A DNA stretch of 64,000 bases from Gammaproteobacteria bacterium (GCA_013152415.1 JAADGI010000018.1:13046-77045), one strand, 5' to 3'. Positions 49,596 through 62,653 are shown, counted from the first letter of the stretch. Program-made: numbers and translations. Notes: generated by a model from the sequence alone, not told the origin.

Positions 49596-50954
49596 CTAGC
49601 CTTCGGCGATCTTTGGAATATTTTGCATCGATTTTTTGATCGCCTCTTCAGGGTAATCAAAATCTTCAAGCTCACCACTGAAGTAACGGTCATAGGCTGC
49701 CATATCAAAATGCCCGTGGCCCGATAGATTAAAGAGCAGTGTCTTTGCCTCACCCGATCTTTTGCAAGCCAAGGCCTCGTCAATACAGGCACGAATGGCA
49801 TGATTAGACTCAGGTGCGGGGATAATGCCCTCGGCCTTGGAGAACATGACGCCCGCTTCGAAGGTGGCAATCTGTGGCACAGCAATCGCCTCGATCAAAC
49901 CCTCGTTGTAGAGTTGTGAGACCAATGCGGAGTCACCGTGGTAGCGTAGCCCCCCTGCGTGGATGCCCGGTGGCATGAAGTCATGCCCCAGGGTGTACAT
50001 CTTCATCAACGGCGTCATGCCTATGGCATCACCAAAGTCATAGGCATATTTTCCCTTGGTCAGGGTAGGACAGGATGTCGGCTCGACCGCAACCAGGCGC
50101 ACATTTTTACCCGCCGCGTTATCGGCAAAGAAGGGAAAGGCAATGCCGCCAAAATTCGAACCGCCGCCACAGGGGGCAAACACCATGTCCGGATAATCTC
50201 CGGCCACCTCAAATTGTTTCTTTGCCTCCAGACCGATGATGGTCTGGTGCAGCAAGACATGATTGAGCACCGAACCCAGTGAATAGTTGGTGTCATCACG
50301 ACCGGCGGCCTCTTCAACGGCCTCGGAGATGGCAATCCCCAAAGAACCTTCCGAGTCCGGGTCTTGTGCCAGAATATTGCGCCCTGCCTCGGTCTGGTCG
50401 GTGGGGCTGGCCAAGACCTCGGCACCCCATGCCTGCATCATGGAACGGCGAAAGGGTTTTTGCCCATAGCTCACCTTGACCATGTAGACATGCACATCGA
50501 TACCAAACATCTGCCCCGCCAGGGCCAGCGCACAACCCCATTGCCCGGCACCCGTCTCTGTCGACAGGCGCTTTATGCCCGCCTCCTTGTTGTAATACGC
50601 CTGTGGGGTGGCGGTATTGGGCTTGTGTGAACCGGCAGGGCTAACACCTTCGTATTTGTAATAAATCTTTGCCGGTGTCCCCAACATCTGCTCTAAACGA
50701 TGCGCCCGGTACAGCGGACTGGGCCGCCACAGGCGGTAAATCTCACGCACCGGTTCCGGGATATCGATCCAACGTTGTGCGGAGACCTCCTGCTCGATCA
50801 GTGCCATGGGGAAAATGGCCGCCAGGGCCTCCGGACCAATGGGCTGGCCATCCGGACCCAGCGGAGGGGTCGGGGGGTTCGGCATATCGGCCACCACGTT
50901 GTACCACTGTTTCGGGATATCGGACTCATCAAGAAAAATTTTTGTATTTGACAC
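49596..50954 (-). CDS. TrpB-like PLP-dependent enzyme (tryptophan synthase beta paralogue, TrpB2 type)
   Basis: 452 aa. The PLP-binding lysine is in the SHK context. The N-terminal extension is typical of TrpB2. Confidence 0.85.
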   Translation of the reverse strand: MSNTKIFLDESDIPKQWYNVVADMPNPPTPPLGPDGQPIGPEALAAIFPMALIEQEVSAQRWIDIPEPVREIYRLWRPSPLYRAHRLEQMLGTPAKIYYKYEGVSPAGSHKPNTATPQAYYNKEAGIKRLSTETGAGQWGCALALAGQMFGIDVHVYMVKVSYGQKPFRRSMMQAWGAEVLASPTDQTEAGRNILAQDPDSEGSLGIAISEAVEEAAGRDDTNYSLGSVLNHVLLHQTIIGLEAKKQFEVAGDYPDMVFAPCGGGSNFGGIAFPFFADNAAGKNVRLVAVEPTSCPTLTKGKYAYDFGDAIGMTPLMKMYTLGHDFMPPGIHAGGLRYHGDSALVSQLYNEGLIEAIAVPQIATFEAGVMFSKAEGIIPAPESNHAIRACIDEALACKRSGEAKTLLFNLSGHGHFDMAAYDRYFSGELEDFDYPEEAIKKSMQNIPKIAEG

Positions 50955-51110
50955 AATTTTCTCCCCTGTACATTTTTAAGAATGTAGACATGCTATCACT
51001 AATGCCCTCTAAACCGACAAATGAAGGTCCTCACGACTGTAATCTACTTTAGATCGCGCTCGACTCTAAAAAACCTATGCGCTATGTATTAAACAAAACC
51101 ACAGAAGTTC

Positions 51111-52556
51111 TCAACCAGGATGCGCCAAAGAACCTGCATAGAATACATTACAACGCTTACCACTAAGCAATTTAAGTGGCGCGGTGAGTGCGCCACTCAC
51201 CGGTGCAGTAATAGCCTTAAAAAAGCTGGGTTTCTCAATGGTAGGGTTGTCCAGAGCACCGTGGATCTTCTGGCTAAACGTCGCACAACCCTTTTTGTTG
51301 AGCACGGCAACAGTCATTCCATCAATATATCTGCTCACCAGATTGATGCGGCCACGCAAGGCAACACGGTTTTTGATTGTGGTGAAGGCGACGTCCTCCG
51401 CACGGGCAATGCCGTCTTTGATCGACCAACGTGAAACAAATTGATCCAGAGTCCCGGTGGCACCGGATGTGGCCTTGGCCACATTAGACAACTCCCGCCC
51501 CTTGACCATGGCCGTACCCCATGGCCCCATGAACATGAATGCGCCCAGATCCACTAGATTGATACGCTGTACCTTTTTGATTCGATCGAGCAGTTTATCG
51601 ACATTCACCCCATGCAAGGTGATCCCCTCTCCATTGACCAGGGTTTCGCCACCAAGGGTGGCCAGCATATTCTGCAGCGTCATGCCCTCCCAATGTAGAT
51701 TAACACTGGCACGGGCCGGCCCAGACATCACCGCTTGCTCGGACACGGTCTCCAACAATCTGGCGATATCGAAACCTTCCAGCTCAAATTGAAAATCCAT
51801 TTTGGCTATGGTCTTTGATTGATCAACGATGAGTTGCCCCTGGCCATGACCTTCAAATAGATTTGCACTCAGATTATTAAAACGTACCACCGGCCCAGAT
51901 TTTATTACCGACGATTTTATCTTGTTTATAGACGTATAAGGTGTTTGCAGCGATCTGATAGACAGTTTGCCGCTGGCCGACACACTGGAACCGTCATGCC
52001 TGCCTATGGATTTCAATTCGGAGCTATGGAGATGGAATTGGGCATCAACAAACCGTAAGGGCTGTCTCCAATTGGCCCGGCTAAAACTAATATCGGCATT
52101 TTGGATGCTCACATCACCGCTGTCCGCGATCTTTATCCTGAAACCATAGGGAATTGATGTCTCAGAACCATGACCTATACCCGAGGTGACCAGGCCCAGT
52201 TTGGATTCTGAAGTCAGGGAGATCTGCGGTGATATTAGATTGATGCGTTCAAATTGCAGCACTCGATCAAACAACGGTTTAATAGCGAGGTCCAACCGAA
52301 CTTTTTTCAGTGCGACAACTTGCCGACCGTCCTTGATAATGCGCGGCTTGCTGAGGACGAGCCCAAGGGTGGGAAACACCGTAAAGCTCAAGGGCCCATC
52401 CAGAATAACCTGGGCATCCAAGGCCTTGGAAGCCATGGCAGCGAGCTGTGGCCGATAGGCATTGAGGTCCACATAGCGGGCGATTAAAAAAGGTGCCGAA
52501 CCGATCAGAACAGCGAAGAAAATGAATAACAGGATCAGTCGTTTTATAAATTTCAA
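51111..52556 (-). CDS. AsmA family outer-membrane assembly protein
   Basis: N-terminal TM anchor, then a long beta-rich periplasmic domain with an AsmA-like N-terminus (YRPQLAAMASKALDAQV). Confidence 0.75.
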   Translation of the reverse strand: MKFIKRLILLFIFFAVLIGSAPFLIARYVDLNAYRPQLAAMASKALDAQVILDGPLSFTVFPTLGLVLSKPRIIKDGRQVVALKKVRLDLAIKPLFDRVLQFERINLISPQISLTSESKLGLVTSGIGHGSETSIPYGFRIKIADSGDVSIQNADISFSRANWRQPLRFVDAQFHLHSSELKSIGRHDGSSVSASGKLSIRSLQTPYTSINKIKSSVIKSGPVVRFNNLSANLFEGHGQGQLIVDQSKTIAKMDFQFELEGFDIARLLETVSEQAVMSGPARASVNLHWEGMTLQNMLATLGGETLVNGEGITLHGVNVDKLLDRIKKVQRINLVDLGAFMFMGPWGTAMVKGRELSNVAKATSGATGTLDQFVSRWSIKDGIARAEDVAFTTIKNRVALRGRINLVSRYIDGMTVAVLNKKGCATFSQKIHGALDNPTIEKPSFFKAITAPVSGALTAPLKLLSGKRCNVFYAGSLAHPG

Positions 52557-52589
52557 CGCCAGGCCGCCTCCATCGACACGCCTCTCACC

Positions 52590-54592
<2,003 letters not shown>

Positions 54593-54770
54593 GCCAACCT
54601 AAACAATTGCGCCGCCCAATGCAAGAAGGCCCATGAGATACAAAGGTTTTGGCGGCATCCTGTCTGCCCCGAGCCCGTTCGGCACCTGCTTGCACATCCC
54701 CCGTAAACCGCTTACCCTTAGCCGTTCTTATACCAAATATATCAGCCAGATTCAGACACAAGAGATAGCG

Positions 54771-55424
54771 ATGGATTTCGAGCAGGCACGTTTTAACATG
54801 GTGGAACAACAGATCCGCCCCTGGGCAGTGTTGGACCCACGCGTACTGGATCTGATTGGCCAGCTATACCGGGAAGATTTTGTCCCCAAGCAATATCGCA
54901 AATTGGCTTACGCCGATATGCGTATTCCCTTAGGTCATGACCAGGTCATGATGGCCCCCAAGACTGAAGCAAGATTACTCCAGGAATTGGAAATCAATCC
55001 TCAAGATCGGATGCTGGAAGTCGGCACCGGCAGTGGTTACCTAACCGCACTGTTGGCACGCTCTGGTGCGGAGCTTGTCAGCCTGGAAATTTATTCAGAC
55101 CTCGCCAATGAGGCAGAAAAAAGACTCGCGGCCCACAGTATCTCCAATGTCACCGTCGTCACTGGCGACGCGGCCGACACATATGGTAAATACGGTTTAT
55201 TCGATGTCATCGTGTTAACAGGTTCAGTACCACACATGCCGAATCACTATAGAAAAATACTGAACAAGGGAGGTCGTTTAGCCGCCATCGTTGGTCAGTC
55301 CCCCGCCATGGAAGCCATTGTCAGCACCCGGATGAGTGAACACAATTGGGTGGAACGTAGTGTGTTTGATACCGACCTGCCACGACTGATCGGGGTAGAT
55401 GAAGCACCCAAGTTTGTCTTTTAA
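54771..55424 (+). CDS. pcm: Protein-L-isoaspartate O-methyltransferase (Pcm)
   Basis: SAM-binding motif LEVGTGSGY. The length is about 217 aa from MDFEQ. Confidence 0.85.
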   Translation: MDFEQARFNMVEQQIRPWAVLDPRVLDLIGQLYREDFVPKQYRKLAYADMRIPLGHDQVMMAPKTEARLLQELEINPQDRMLEVGTGSGYLTALLARSGAELVSLEIYSDLANEAEKRLAAHSISNVTVVTGDAADTYGKYGLFDVIVLTGSVPHMPNHYRKILNKGGRLAAIVGQSPAMEAIVSTRMSEHNWVERSVFDTDLPRLIGVDEAPKFVF

Positions 55425-55464
55425 TAGCCCACAAAACTCGTTCTTTACGGCACAAAGTGCCTCT

Positions 55465-56730
55465 TCAGGCTAACAGCTCATCTACAAGTGCCAGGGTCCT
55501 GGCCAGGGCACCCTTGTTTTCTTCGATAAGTTTTTTACCTGCCTCACCGGCATCAAAACGTCGGCTGGGATCTTCCAAATAGCCAACAACGGCCATGATT
55601 AACTCACCAGTATTTTTGACCTGCGTCCCTGCCGACCTATCAATTACCATCTGGCTGACCTCGGAAAAATTAAACATGCTTGGGCCAAATATTACCGGCG
55701 TACCCACCGCACAGGCTTCAAGAATATTGTGCCCACCAGTACCCACCAGACTACCGCCAACAAAAGCCACATCGGCAGCAGTGTAGAACAACAACAGCTC
55801 CCCCATGGTGTCACCGATGAGGATATCGACAGATTCATCCAGGGCTTGGCTCTTAAAATCACTACGTCGTGCGACCTTATAACCCGCTTTGCGACACAAC
55901 TGTTCCACCGTTGAGAATCGTTCTGGATGACGCGGCACCAATACCAATAACAGATTGGTAAATCGCTTTTTGATGTCAGGCAAGGCCTTGAGTATCTGCT
56001 CCTCCTCACCGTCCCGAGTGCTGGCAGCCAGCAACACATTGCGACTGGTGCCCCAATCTCGTCGTAATGCTTCACCAACCTCAAACAGACTGGCAGTCAA
56101 TTGTAATTCAAATTTGATATTACCGGTGATGCGAACCGTCATCAGGGGTGCGCCAATACGTCGCAGGCGTTGGGCATCCACCTCACTTTGCACACCAAAC
56201 AGGCCGACTTGCTCTAAGGTACTTCGGCTCAAACGGGAAAATCGTTCGTACCCTCGTGCAGATTTTTCCGACAAGCGCACGTTAGCCACCAGTAATGGGA
56301 TAGACCGCGCACGACAGGCATGAAATAGATTTGGCCACAATTCAGTTTCCATGATCACCACCAATCGTGGCTGACAATGCTCCAGGAAGCGAGTCACGGC
56401 ACCCGGAAAATCGTAGGGCACATAGCTATGCACCACCCGGTCGGCCAACAGTTGGCTGACCTGATCTGATCCGGTAGGCGTCATGGTCGTTACCAATACA
56501 CGGCAATCAGGATAACGCTCCAATAAACGATTGATCAGGGGAACAGCGGCACGCACTTCCCCCACGGATACCGCATGCACCCAATACACATCACGGGCAT
56601 CGGGGAACCGATAACCAAAGCGTTCCCCCCACCGCCGCCAATAGGCCGGGTTGCGCAGCCCACGCCACAACAGGCGCACCAGCAACCAAGGCGATAACAG
56701 ATAAAGCATTAGGGAATAGAATCGAATCAC
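55465..56730 (-). CDS. waaA: 3-deoxy-D-manno-octulosonic acid (Kdo) transferase WaaA
   Basis: N-terminal TM, HAVSVGE motif, and about 420 aa. Confidence 0.9.
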   Translation of the reverse strand: MIRFYSLMLYLLSPWLLVRLLWRGLRNPAYWRRWGERFGYRFPDARDVYWVHAVSVGEVRAAVPLINRLLERYPDCRVLVTTMTPTGSDQVSQLLADRVVHSYVPYDFPGAVTRFLEHCQPRLVVIMETELWPNLFHACRARSIPLLVANVRLSEKSARGYERFSRLSRSTLEQVGLFGVQSEVDAQRLRRIGAPLMTVRITGNIKFELQLTASLFEVGEALRRDWGTSRNVLLAASTRDGEEEQILKALPDIKKRFTNLLLVLVPRHPERFSTVEQLCRKAGYKVARRSDFKSQALDESVDILIGDTMGELLLFYTAADVAFVGGSLVGTGGHNILEACAVGTPVIFGPSMFNFSEVSQMVIDRSAGTQVKNTGELIMAVVGYLEDPSRRFDAGEAGKKLIEENKGALARTLALVDELLA

Positions 56731-56851
56731 ATGCAGCGAACTTAAATAATATTAAGGGCGGATACTGTTAATAGGTTCAACCATAACATAGATATGACCT
56801 GTGATTCAGGCCAACCAAAAGACGTCTTCTAATAAGATAACATAAAGACCC

Positions 56852-58423
56852 TTACTGCTTTCTGTTGGTATAAGGCAACAATTGCTCGCTCAAGTAACCT
56901 ACCAATTCTGGATCACACCATCGATTCCCAAGAAACCTTCTCACGTCCCGACTAAAATGCCAACGCCAAACCCAATCACTGCGATGTTGTCGTACCGCCT
57001 CCAAATCCAGCAAAACGGGACGGTTGTTCCGCAGTATGATGTTGGTGTCCTTCATATCACCGTGGCTGAGCCTTGCCACACACAAGCGCCTAAACAACCC
57101 GATAAGATTTTCCACCACCACGGCTCGTGATGCCATACGATGTATCGGCTGCTCAAAATACTCCCGGCAACGCTCACCGTCTACATATTCACTGATAAAG
57201 TACGAGACACCACGACACCATGAAATCTTTTTGTCCATGGCCGCAATTGGACGCGGCGTCTCTACCCCGCTACACAATAGTCGATGGGCATTACACCAGG
57301 CACGCTGGCTACGGCTGTTTCGAAAAACCGCTTTAAAAGCAGACCATCCGCCGCACCAGGTATATCGCTTGATCACCCATTGCTGTTTGTTGATTTCAAC
57401 ACGCACCACAGTGGTGGCTGGGCCCATCTTTAGCACTTTACCCCGACCCATAGCCGCATCCGGTGATCGTAACAGCTTGCGCAAACCAAAGGACTGTCGG
57501 AACGAAGAGTCGATGCATAGCCGACCCTGGCGACCTGAGCAACAAGCAGATTCTGCCGGAAGCAAATTATTCAACCATAGCAAGGCATGGTGCCCTGACT
57601 CCAATTTACCGAATGGATGGCGTCGCAACATACGCGAGGTTCGACTTACAACTTTACGCCACAGCGCAGCCTCTTCGACCAGTGCACGCGACCATGGCCT
57701 ATTTGTATAGGCCTGGATAAATCGCAGGCCATCTCGCCGGGCAAAGGGGACAGCCGACGGGCTCAACAACAATGAATACAACAACGCGGATAAATCTTTG
57801 ACAATCCAACGCCGGGGGGTGTGCCGTCTAAGCTGGGCCCGGTGCAGATCCATCACATAGAGTTTGATGGGATCATTTACAGCGGCGGGGCCATACCGAT
57901 CCACACGCAGGTGGCACAAATAAAAATCCCGGTGGTTGATACCGTGGGCATGAAGTTTATGGGCCAATGTCGCGACCGCACTTATGAGTCGGCGTTTTTG
58001 AACAACCCGGTTGGGGCCATACCGATCCAGGACATCTAACAAACCATGCTCCAGATCGATAGTGTGCTCCAGGGCCCGGGTGATAATGAAAGATCGACGT
58101 CGAGCAGGGTTCCAACCCTGCTCCCCCCAGGCCACCACCGACATCGTGGCAACACCCAAGGCCTCCAGGCGACGAATGGCCATACATTCAATCCGCGCAC
58201 TGACCACGGGTAGGCGCAGGTTAAAAAGATTCTTGAATATCTCCTTCCAGCCTACACCCTCATGTATCTTGATGAAAAAGGTCTGGCCACCACACTTGAT
58301 TTGGAGCACACGACGACGTGGACTGGACTTAATAATTTTGCCCTTAATGGACAGAAAATCGATGATGGAGGAATACTCCGAAAAAATATTTTGCACCTCT
58401 GGATGCACATAAAGCACCGTCAT
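56852..58423 (-). CDS. Fused tandem LPS core kinases: N-terminal WaaP/RfaP-like heptose kinase plus C-terminal InaA/Kdo-kinase-family domain
   Basis: The first half aligns with WaaP (GTGWPEI-like HEGVGWKEIFKNL). The second half has a second kinase catalytic region (HGDMKDTNIIL). It is one uninterrupted 523-aa ORF. Confidence 0.75.
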   Translation of the reverse strand: MTVLYVHPEVQNIFSEYSSIIDFLSIKGKIIKSSPRRRVLQIKCGGQTFFIKIHEGVGWKEIFKNLFNLRLPVVSARIECMAIRRLEALGVATMSVVAWGEQGWNPARRRSFIITRALEHTIDLEHGLLDVLDRYGPNRVVQKRRLISAVATLAHKLHAHGINHRDFYLCHLRVDRYGPAAVNDPIKLYVMDLHRAQLRRHTPRRWIVKDLSALLYSLLLSPSAVPFARRDGLRFIQAYTNRPWSRALVEEAALWRKVVSRTSRMLRRHPFGKLESGHHALLWLNNLLPAESACCSGRQGRLCIDSSFRQSFGLRKLLRSPDAAMGRGKVLKMGPATTVVRVEINKQQWVIKRYTWCGGWSAFKAVFRNSRSQRAWCNAHRLLCSGVETPRPIAAMDKKISWCRGVSYFISEYVDGERCREYFEQPIHRMASRAVVVENLIGLFRRLCVARLSHGDMKDTNIILRNNRPVLLDLEAVRQHRSDWVWRWHFSRDVRRFLGNRWCDPELVGYLSEQLLPYTNRKQ

Positions 58424-59553
58424 AATCCTGCCTTCCGGTTAAGCTGCGCCCGCATCATAATAATATCGGCGCTCCGATCTACCAGACTGCACAAATCCTG
58501 GCTTTTGGTGTAGGCGATGGCATTTTGTCGCCAGCTTTTAAGCGCGCTGTGACTCATCATTTCAACCAAACGCTGATTTAATTGTGACTGTTGAAACGGC
58601 AGGGGACAGATCAAACCCGCCCGTGCTTTATCAATATGGTGAGCATAACCGCAGGCCTCACTGGCCAATACTGGCAAGCCACAAAATAAGGCCTCAATGA
58701 GCACACCACCGGTATTTTCACGACGCGCTGGATGTAACAACAAATCGGCAGCAGCATAGTAGGCTGCCACTTGCTGTTGTGGACCGGCGAAATGTATTTG
58801 ATTTCGTACCCCCAAACGCCACGCCAGGCGCTGGTAACGGTTAACATCACCCGCGCCTACCACCACCATCTTGGTCCGTTTGCGTTGCGGCCTGTCTAGG
58901 CTGGCAATGGCGTGAATCCCCCGGTCCACACCCTTGGTGTGAAACGAAGACCCCATCATCAATATCACGAATACACCCTCACCAAAGTTCAGCACCTTGC
59001 GGGTCTTGATACGCAATTTGGGGTCATCAAAACAAGGCGTCAATCTCGAACTATCCATTCCTGGGGGCAGGCAATGGAAACGATGGGCTTCGGTACCGTA
59101 GTATTGCTCAAACCATTTTTGCTGGTCATGGGCGATGAGCAAGATATCGGTACTCGCACCTTTTTTAAACACCGTGGACTCTTGTTCGTGGTATTGACGA
59201 AAACGTGGCGTATGGGTATACCAGCCATTTTTGTGTTGAGTCCCTGCCACAAAACAAGGATTACCGGCATAGTAAACATCCAGGCCCTGCATGGGCGTAG
59301 AACTCACCACACAATCAAAACCCTTTTGCTTTTGCCAAACTTGTACACAATGGGCAAATTTGGCGTTAAAACCATGATTGGTCCAGGACCGTACCGGCAA
59401 AACCTCCATAGCTAAACCCGTAGGCCGGTCCCCTCTCACCCGTGCAACCAACACAACTACTTGTGCGCCCAGCTGTTGGCAACGCCTGGCGATCCGCAGA
59501 ACATTACGCGACAAGCCACTAGAAGGTGAGAGTGTCGCCACCGCAAAGATCAC
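58420..59553 (-). CDS. Glycosyltransferase family 4, WaaG-like LPS core glucosyltransferase
   Basis: Aligns with the WaaG N-terminus from MIFAVATLSPSSGLSRN (GTG start at 59553). The longer ORF to 59658 would overlap the upstream GT2 gene by 58 nt. Confidence 0.75.
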   Translation of the reverse strand: MIFAVATLSPSSGLSRNVLRIARRCQQLGAQVVVLVARVRGDRPTGLAMEVLPVRSWTNHGFNAKFAHCVQVWQKQKGFDCVVSSTPMQGLDVYYAGNPCFVAGTQHKNGWYTHTPRFRQYHEQESTVFKKGASTDILLIAHDQQKWFEQYYGTEAHRFHCLPPGMDSSRLTPCFDDPKLRIKTRKVLNFGEGVFVILMMGSSFHTKGVDRGIHAIASLDRPQRKRTKMVVVGAGDVNRYQRLAWRLGVRNQIHFAGPQQQVAAYYAAADLLLHPARRENTGGVLIEALFCGLPVLASEACGYAHHIDKARAGLICPLPFQQSQLNQRLVEMMSHSALKSWRQNAIAYTKSQDLCSLVDRSADIIMMRAQLNRKAGL

Positions 59554-59600
59554 TCGTAGATGCGATGATGTCTGCGCAGCGACCTCTTCCGTTTCCAGAT

Positions 59601-60494
59601 TTAGCCGGGCGTTCTCTGCCAGAACAGGGCACGCAGGTATTTTCTCAGGTGTGGCCATTTGAGGATATTGATCGGTCTGGCTGCCAATGCCCGATGGTAA
59701 AGAGCAATCGTCTGTGCATAATCCTTGGCATAGTAGTGGGCTCGCGCCAGATTAAGCAAATGATTTGATTCAAATTGTTTTTGTCTGCCCATAAATCGAG
59801 GTGGAAGCAAAACCGGGTCAAATACCTGAGTCACAACCTGGTCCCCGGATTCACGGATACCGGAGATATTATCCCGCTTTCGCCCTGGGTGGTCATGCAC
59901 CTCCACCACCGGATTGGGAAAACCAATACAATAAAAACAGGCCAAGGCCTGGGCCTCAACAACGGTATCCTCATAATTTTGCAGCGCCTCCGGAAAATGC
60001 AAACGGTGGAACACCTGTCGCCGCCACAAAGCCGCCCCTGTGGGAATGCGCAGCTTGCCCTCAATATAGGCGATAAAATTGGCCAGGCGATCCTCATCAA
60101 GTCGTGGCCCTGGGTGCCTTCGCTGCCGACCCCGTGCATTTGTCGAAACATAGCCGCCAATCAAGACATCAACTCCAACATGGGCCTGCAACACCTGACG
60201 GAAATAACCCAAAGCACCAGGCAACAAACAATCGTCGGCGTCCAGAAAAATAAGATAATCGCCCCTGGCCATGTCAACACCACGGTTTCGTGCCGCTGCG
60301 GTACCTTGATTGGCTTGTCGAAAATAATACAGCTGTTTCCTGTAGGCTTGAATCCGCTCTTGGGTATCATCGGTAGAGCCATCGTCCACCAAAATCACCT
60401 CGTAATCATCGCCCTCCTGACTCAGTACGGAATCAAGTGCCCGTGGCAGAAATTCACCGTAGTTATAACTGGGGATGACTATCGAAAAACGCAT
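59601..60494 (-). CDS. Glycosyltransferase family 2
   Basis: N-terminal SIVIPSYN ... DDGSTD ... DADD motifs. The start is set at MRFSIV. Confidence 0.8.
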   Translation of the reverse strand: MRFSIVIPSYNYGEFLPRALDSVLSQEGDDYEVILVDDGSTDDTQERIQAYRKQLYYFRQANQGTAAARNRGVDMARGDYLIFLDADDCLLPGALGYFRQVLQAHVGVDVLIGGYVSTNARGRQRRHPGPRLDEDRLANFIAYIEGKLRIPTGAALWRRQVFHRLHFPEALQNYEDTVVEAQALACFYCIGFPNPVVEVHDHPGRKRDNISGIRESGDQVVTQVFDPVLLPPRFMGRQKQFESNHLLNLARAHYYAKDYAQTIALYHRALAARPINILKWPHLRKYLRALFWQRTPG

Positions 60495-60557
60495 TGCATT
60501 GCATGAGACCAAGCTGCCCACTCAATATCATGTGGCAGGGATAACGACTAACAGGCC

Positions 60558-61607
60558 CTAAGCCGCCGACGGTGCTTCAGCCTCAGCCCGGCTCGCCATA
60601 CCATCCCGTTCCCAGGTGTAGGCGGTACGACAAATCACGGCCAGATCCTGGTGTTGCGGTGTCCAATCCAGCACCTCATGAATACGTGTGGCATCGGCAA
60701 CCAGGGCGGGGGGGTCGCCGGCACGACGGGGGCCTATGGTCACTGGAAGATCTATACCACTGACCTGGCGCACCTGATTTAACACCTCACTGACACTGAA
60801 TCCACGACCATAGCCGCAGTTGAGTATTTCAGACTTGCCATCTACCGCAAGATAATCCAGCGCCGCAAGATGGGCGCTGGCAAGATCCTCGACATGGATG
60901 TAGTCACGTACACAGGTGCCATCAACAGTGTCGTAGTCATCGCCAAATACAGTGACGCCCTGGCGTTTGCCACAAACGGCCTCACAGGCCACCTTGATCA
61001 AATGGGTGGCCTCGGGCGTGGCTTGGCCGAGAGTACCATCTAGGCTGGCACCGGCAACATTAAAATAGCGCAGGGCCACGTAGCGAAAATCACCCTGGCC
61101 ATCAGAAGGTACAGAACCCAACTGGCGACTGACGGCCAGATCGTGCAACATCCACTCGGTCATCAGCTTGGACCGACCGTAGGGATTGATCGGTGCGGTG
61201 GGCGCGTCTTCACGGGCTGGTAAGACCTCCGGAATCCCATAGACCGCAGCACTGGAAGAAAAGATAAATTTATCGACTCCCGTCTCCATACAGGCCTGCA
61301 TCAAGCTCAAAGATCCGACGGTATTATTCAGGTAATACTTCTGTGGATTTTCCACCGACTCCGGGACCACGATATAACCGGCAAAGTGAATGACAGCCTG
61401 GATATCGTGGTCACGCAGCAAGCGCTCTACCAGCTCGCTGTTGGCCACATCACCTTCTACCAAAGTCGCATCGGCCGGTACCGCCCAACGATGACCTGAA
61501 TAAAAATTATCCAGCACCACCACCTGATGCCCTGCTGCTACCAGTTGCCGGGCAGTATGCGAACCGATATAACCAGCACCGCCGGTTACCAACACACTCA
61601 ATGCCAT
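60558..61607 (-). CDS. galE: UDP-glucose 4-epimerase GalE
   Basis: GGAGYIGSH Rossmann motif and YxxxK. Confidence 0.9.
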   Translation of the reverse strand: MALSVLVTGGAGYIGSHTARQLVAAGHQVVVLDNFYSGHRWAVPADATLVEGDVANSELVERLLRDHDIQAVIHFAGYIVVPESVENPQKYYLNNTVGSLSLMQACMETGVDKFIFSSSAAVYGIPEVLPAREDAPTAPINPYGRSKLMTEWMLHDLAVSRQLGSVPSDGQGDFRYVALRYFNVAGASLDGTLGQATPEATHLIKVACEAVCGKRQGVTVFGDDYDTVDGTCVRDYIHVEDLASAHLAALDYLAVDGKSEILNCGYGRGFSVSEVLNQVRQVSGIDLPVTIGPRRAGDPPALVADATRIHEVLDWTPQHQDLAVICRTAYTWERDGMASRAEAEAPSAA

Positions 61608-62653
61608 TATTCGTTCACCACCATTTTAGGCCTTAACATATTGTCCTCTACCGTCCGCCAAACCCTATCAGGCGTCAGACTGGCGTAACATGCCCCATAC
61701 CCAATCTGTTGCACAGAAGCTTGCCGACAAGATCGTTGCAGACAAGGGGCACAGGGGTAGTCCACGCTGAGCTGTATCTGGCCCGCTCCACGGGTACCGG
61801 TCAACGCCGGGTCACTGGCCCCATACAAACTCACCGACGGCACACCCAAGGCTGTGGCAAGATGCACCAAACCGGTATCCACCGCAACTGCCGCCTGGGC
61901 ACCGGCCAACAACTGGGCAAGATCAGCCAGTGATGCCCGGGGCACAACCTGGGCATCTTTGCTGCTTGCCGCTATGGAATGGGCGCGTTCCTGTTCGGCC
62001 CGATTACCCCAAGGGAGATAAACTCTATAACCCTCGTTATTGGCTCGTTGGGCCAACACTTGCCAGTACGAGTCCGGCCAATGCTTGCTGGCCCAATGGG
62101 TACCGTGAAAGAAAATGACATACGGCTCAGCTAATGTAGCCTTCTCTGACACTGAAAGGTCCAACCCAAATTGTGGCTCTGACTGTGGCAGCACGTAATC
62201 CAGCGCCTGGGAAAACAAGTGGCGCACACGATCGACGGCGTGCATGGCCTTGGGTACATTAAATCGCTGCTGGTAGGCGAAGCCCAAGAATCGCTCCCGT
62301 GCAGATTGACGGTCCAGACCGCATCGCCGACCCCGGGCCATGCGCGTCATGACGGCGCTCTTTAGCAAACCCTGGGCATCAATAATGTAATCATAGGACC
62401 GTGCCCTTAGCATGGTGCGAAAACAACCTAACTCACTACCGATACGCACACGACCTATCTGCCTGCGCCAACGTCGCGTCGCCACCGGGACCACACGATC
62501 CACCGCCGGGTGCCACCCTGGAATTTCCGCAAATGCCTCCTCCACCACCCAGTCGAAACGGATACCTGAAATGGCTGCACTCGCATCCGAGACTGCGGGC
62601 AGCGTGTGCAACACATCCCCGAGAGAAGAGGTTTTAACGATCAATACGCGCAT
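61607..62653 (-). CDS. waaC: LPS heptosyltransferase I WaaC
   Basis: GT9 family N-terminus MRVLIVKTSSLGDVLHTLPA. Confidence 0.85.
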   Translation of the reverse strand: MRVLIVKTSSLGDVLHTLPAVSDASAAISGIRFDWVVEEAFAEIPGWHPAVDRVVPVATRRWRRQIGRVRIGSELGCFRTMLRARSYDYIIDAQGLLKSAVMTRMARGRRCGLDRQSARERFLGFAYQQRFNVPKAMHAVDRVRHLFSQALDYVLPQSEPQFGLDLSVSEKATLAEPYVIFFHGTHWASKHWPDSYWQVLAQRANNEGYRVYLPWGNRAEQERAHSIAASSKDAQVVPRASLADLAQLLAGAQAAVAVDTGLVHLATALGVPSVSLYGASDPALTGTRGAGQIQLSVDYPCAPCLQRSCRQASVQQIGYGACYASLTPDRVWRTVEDNMLRPKMVVNE

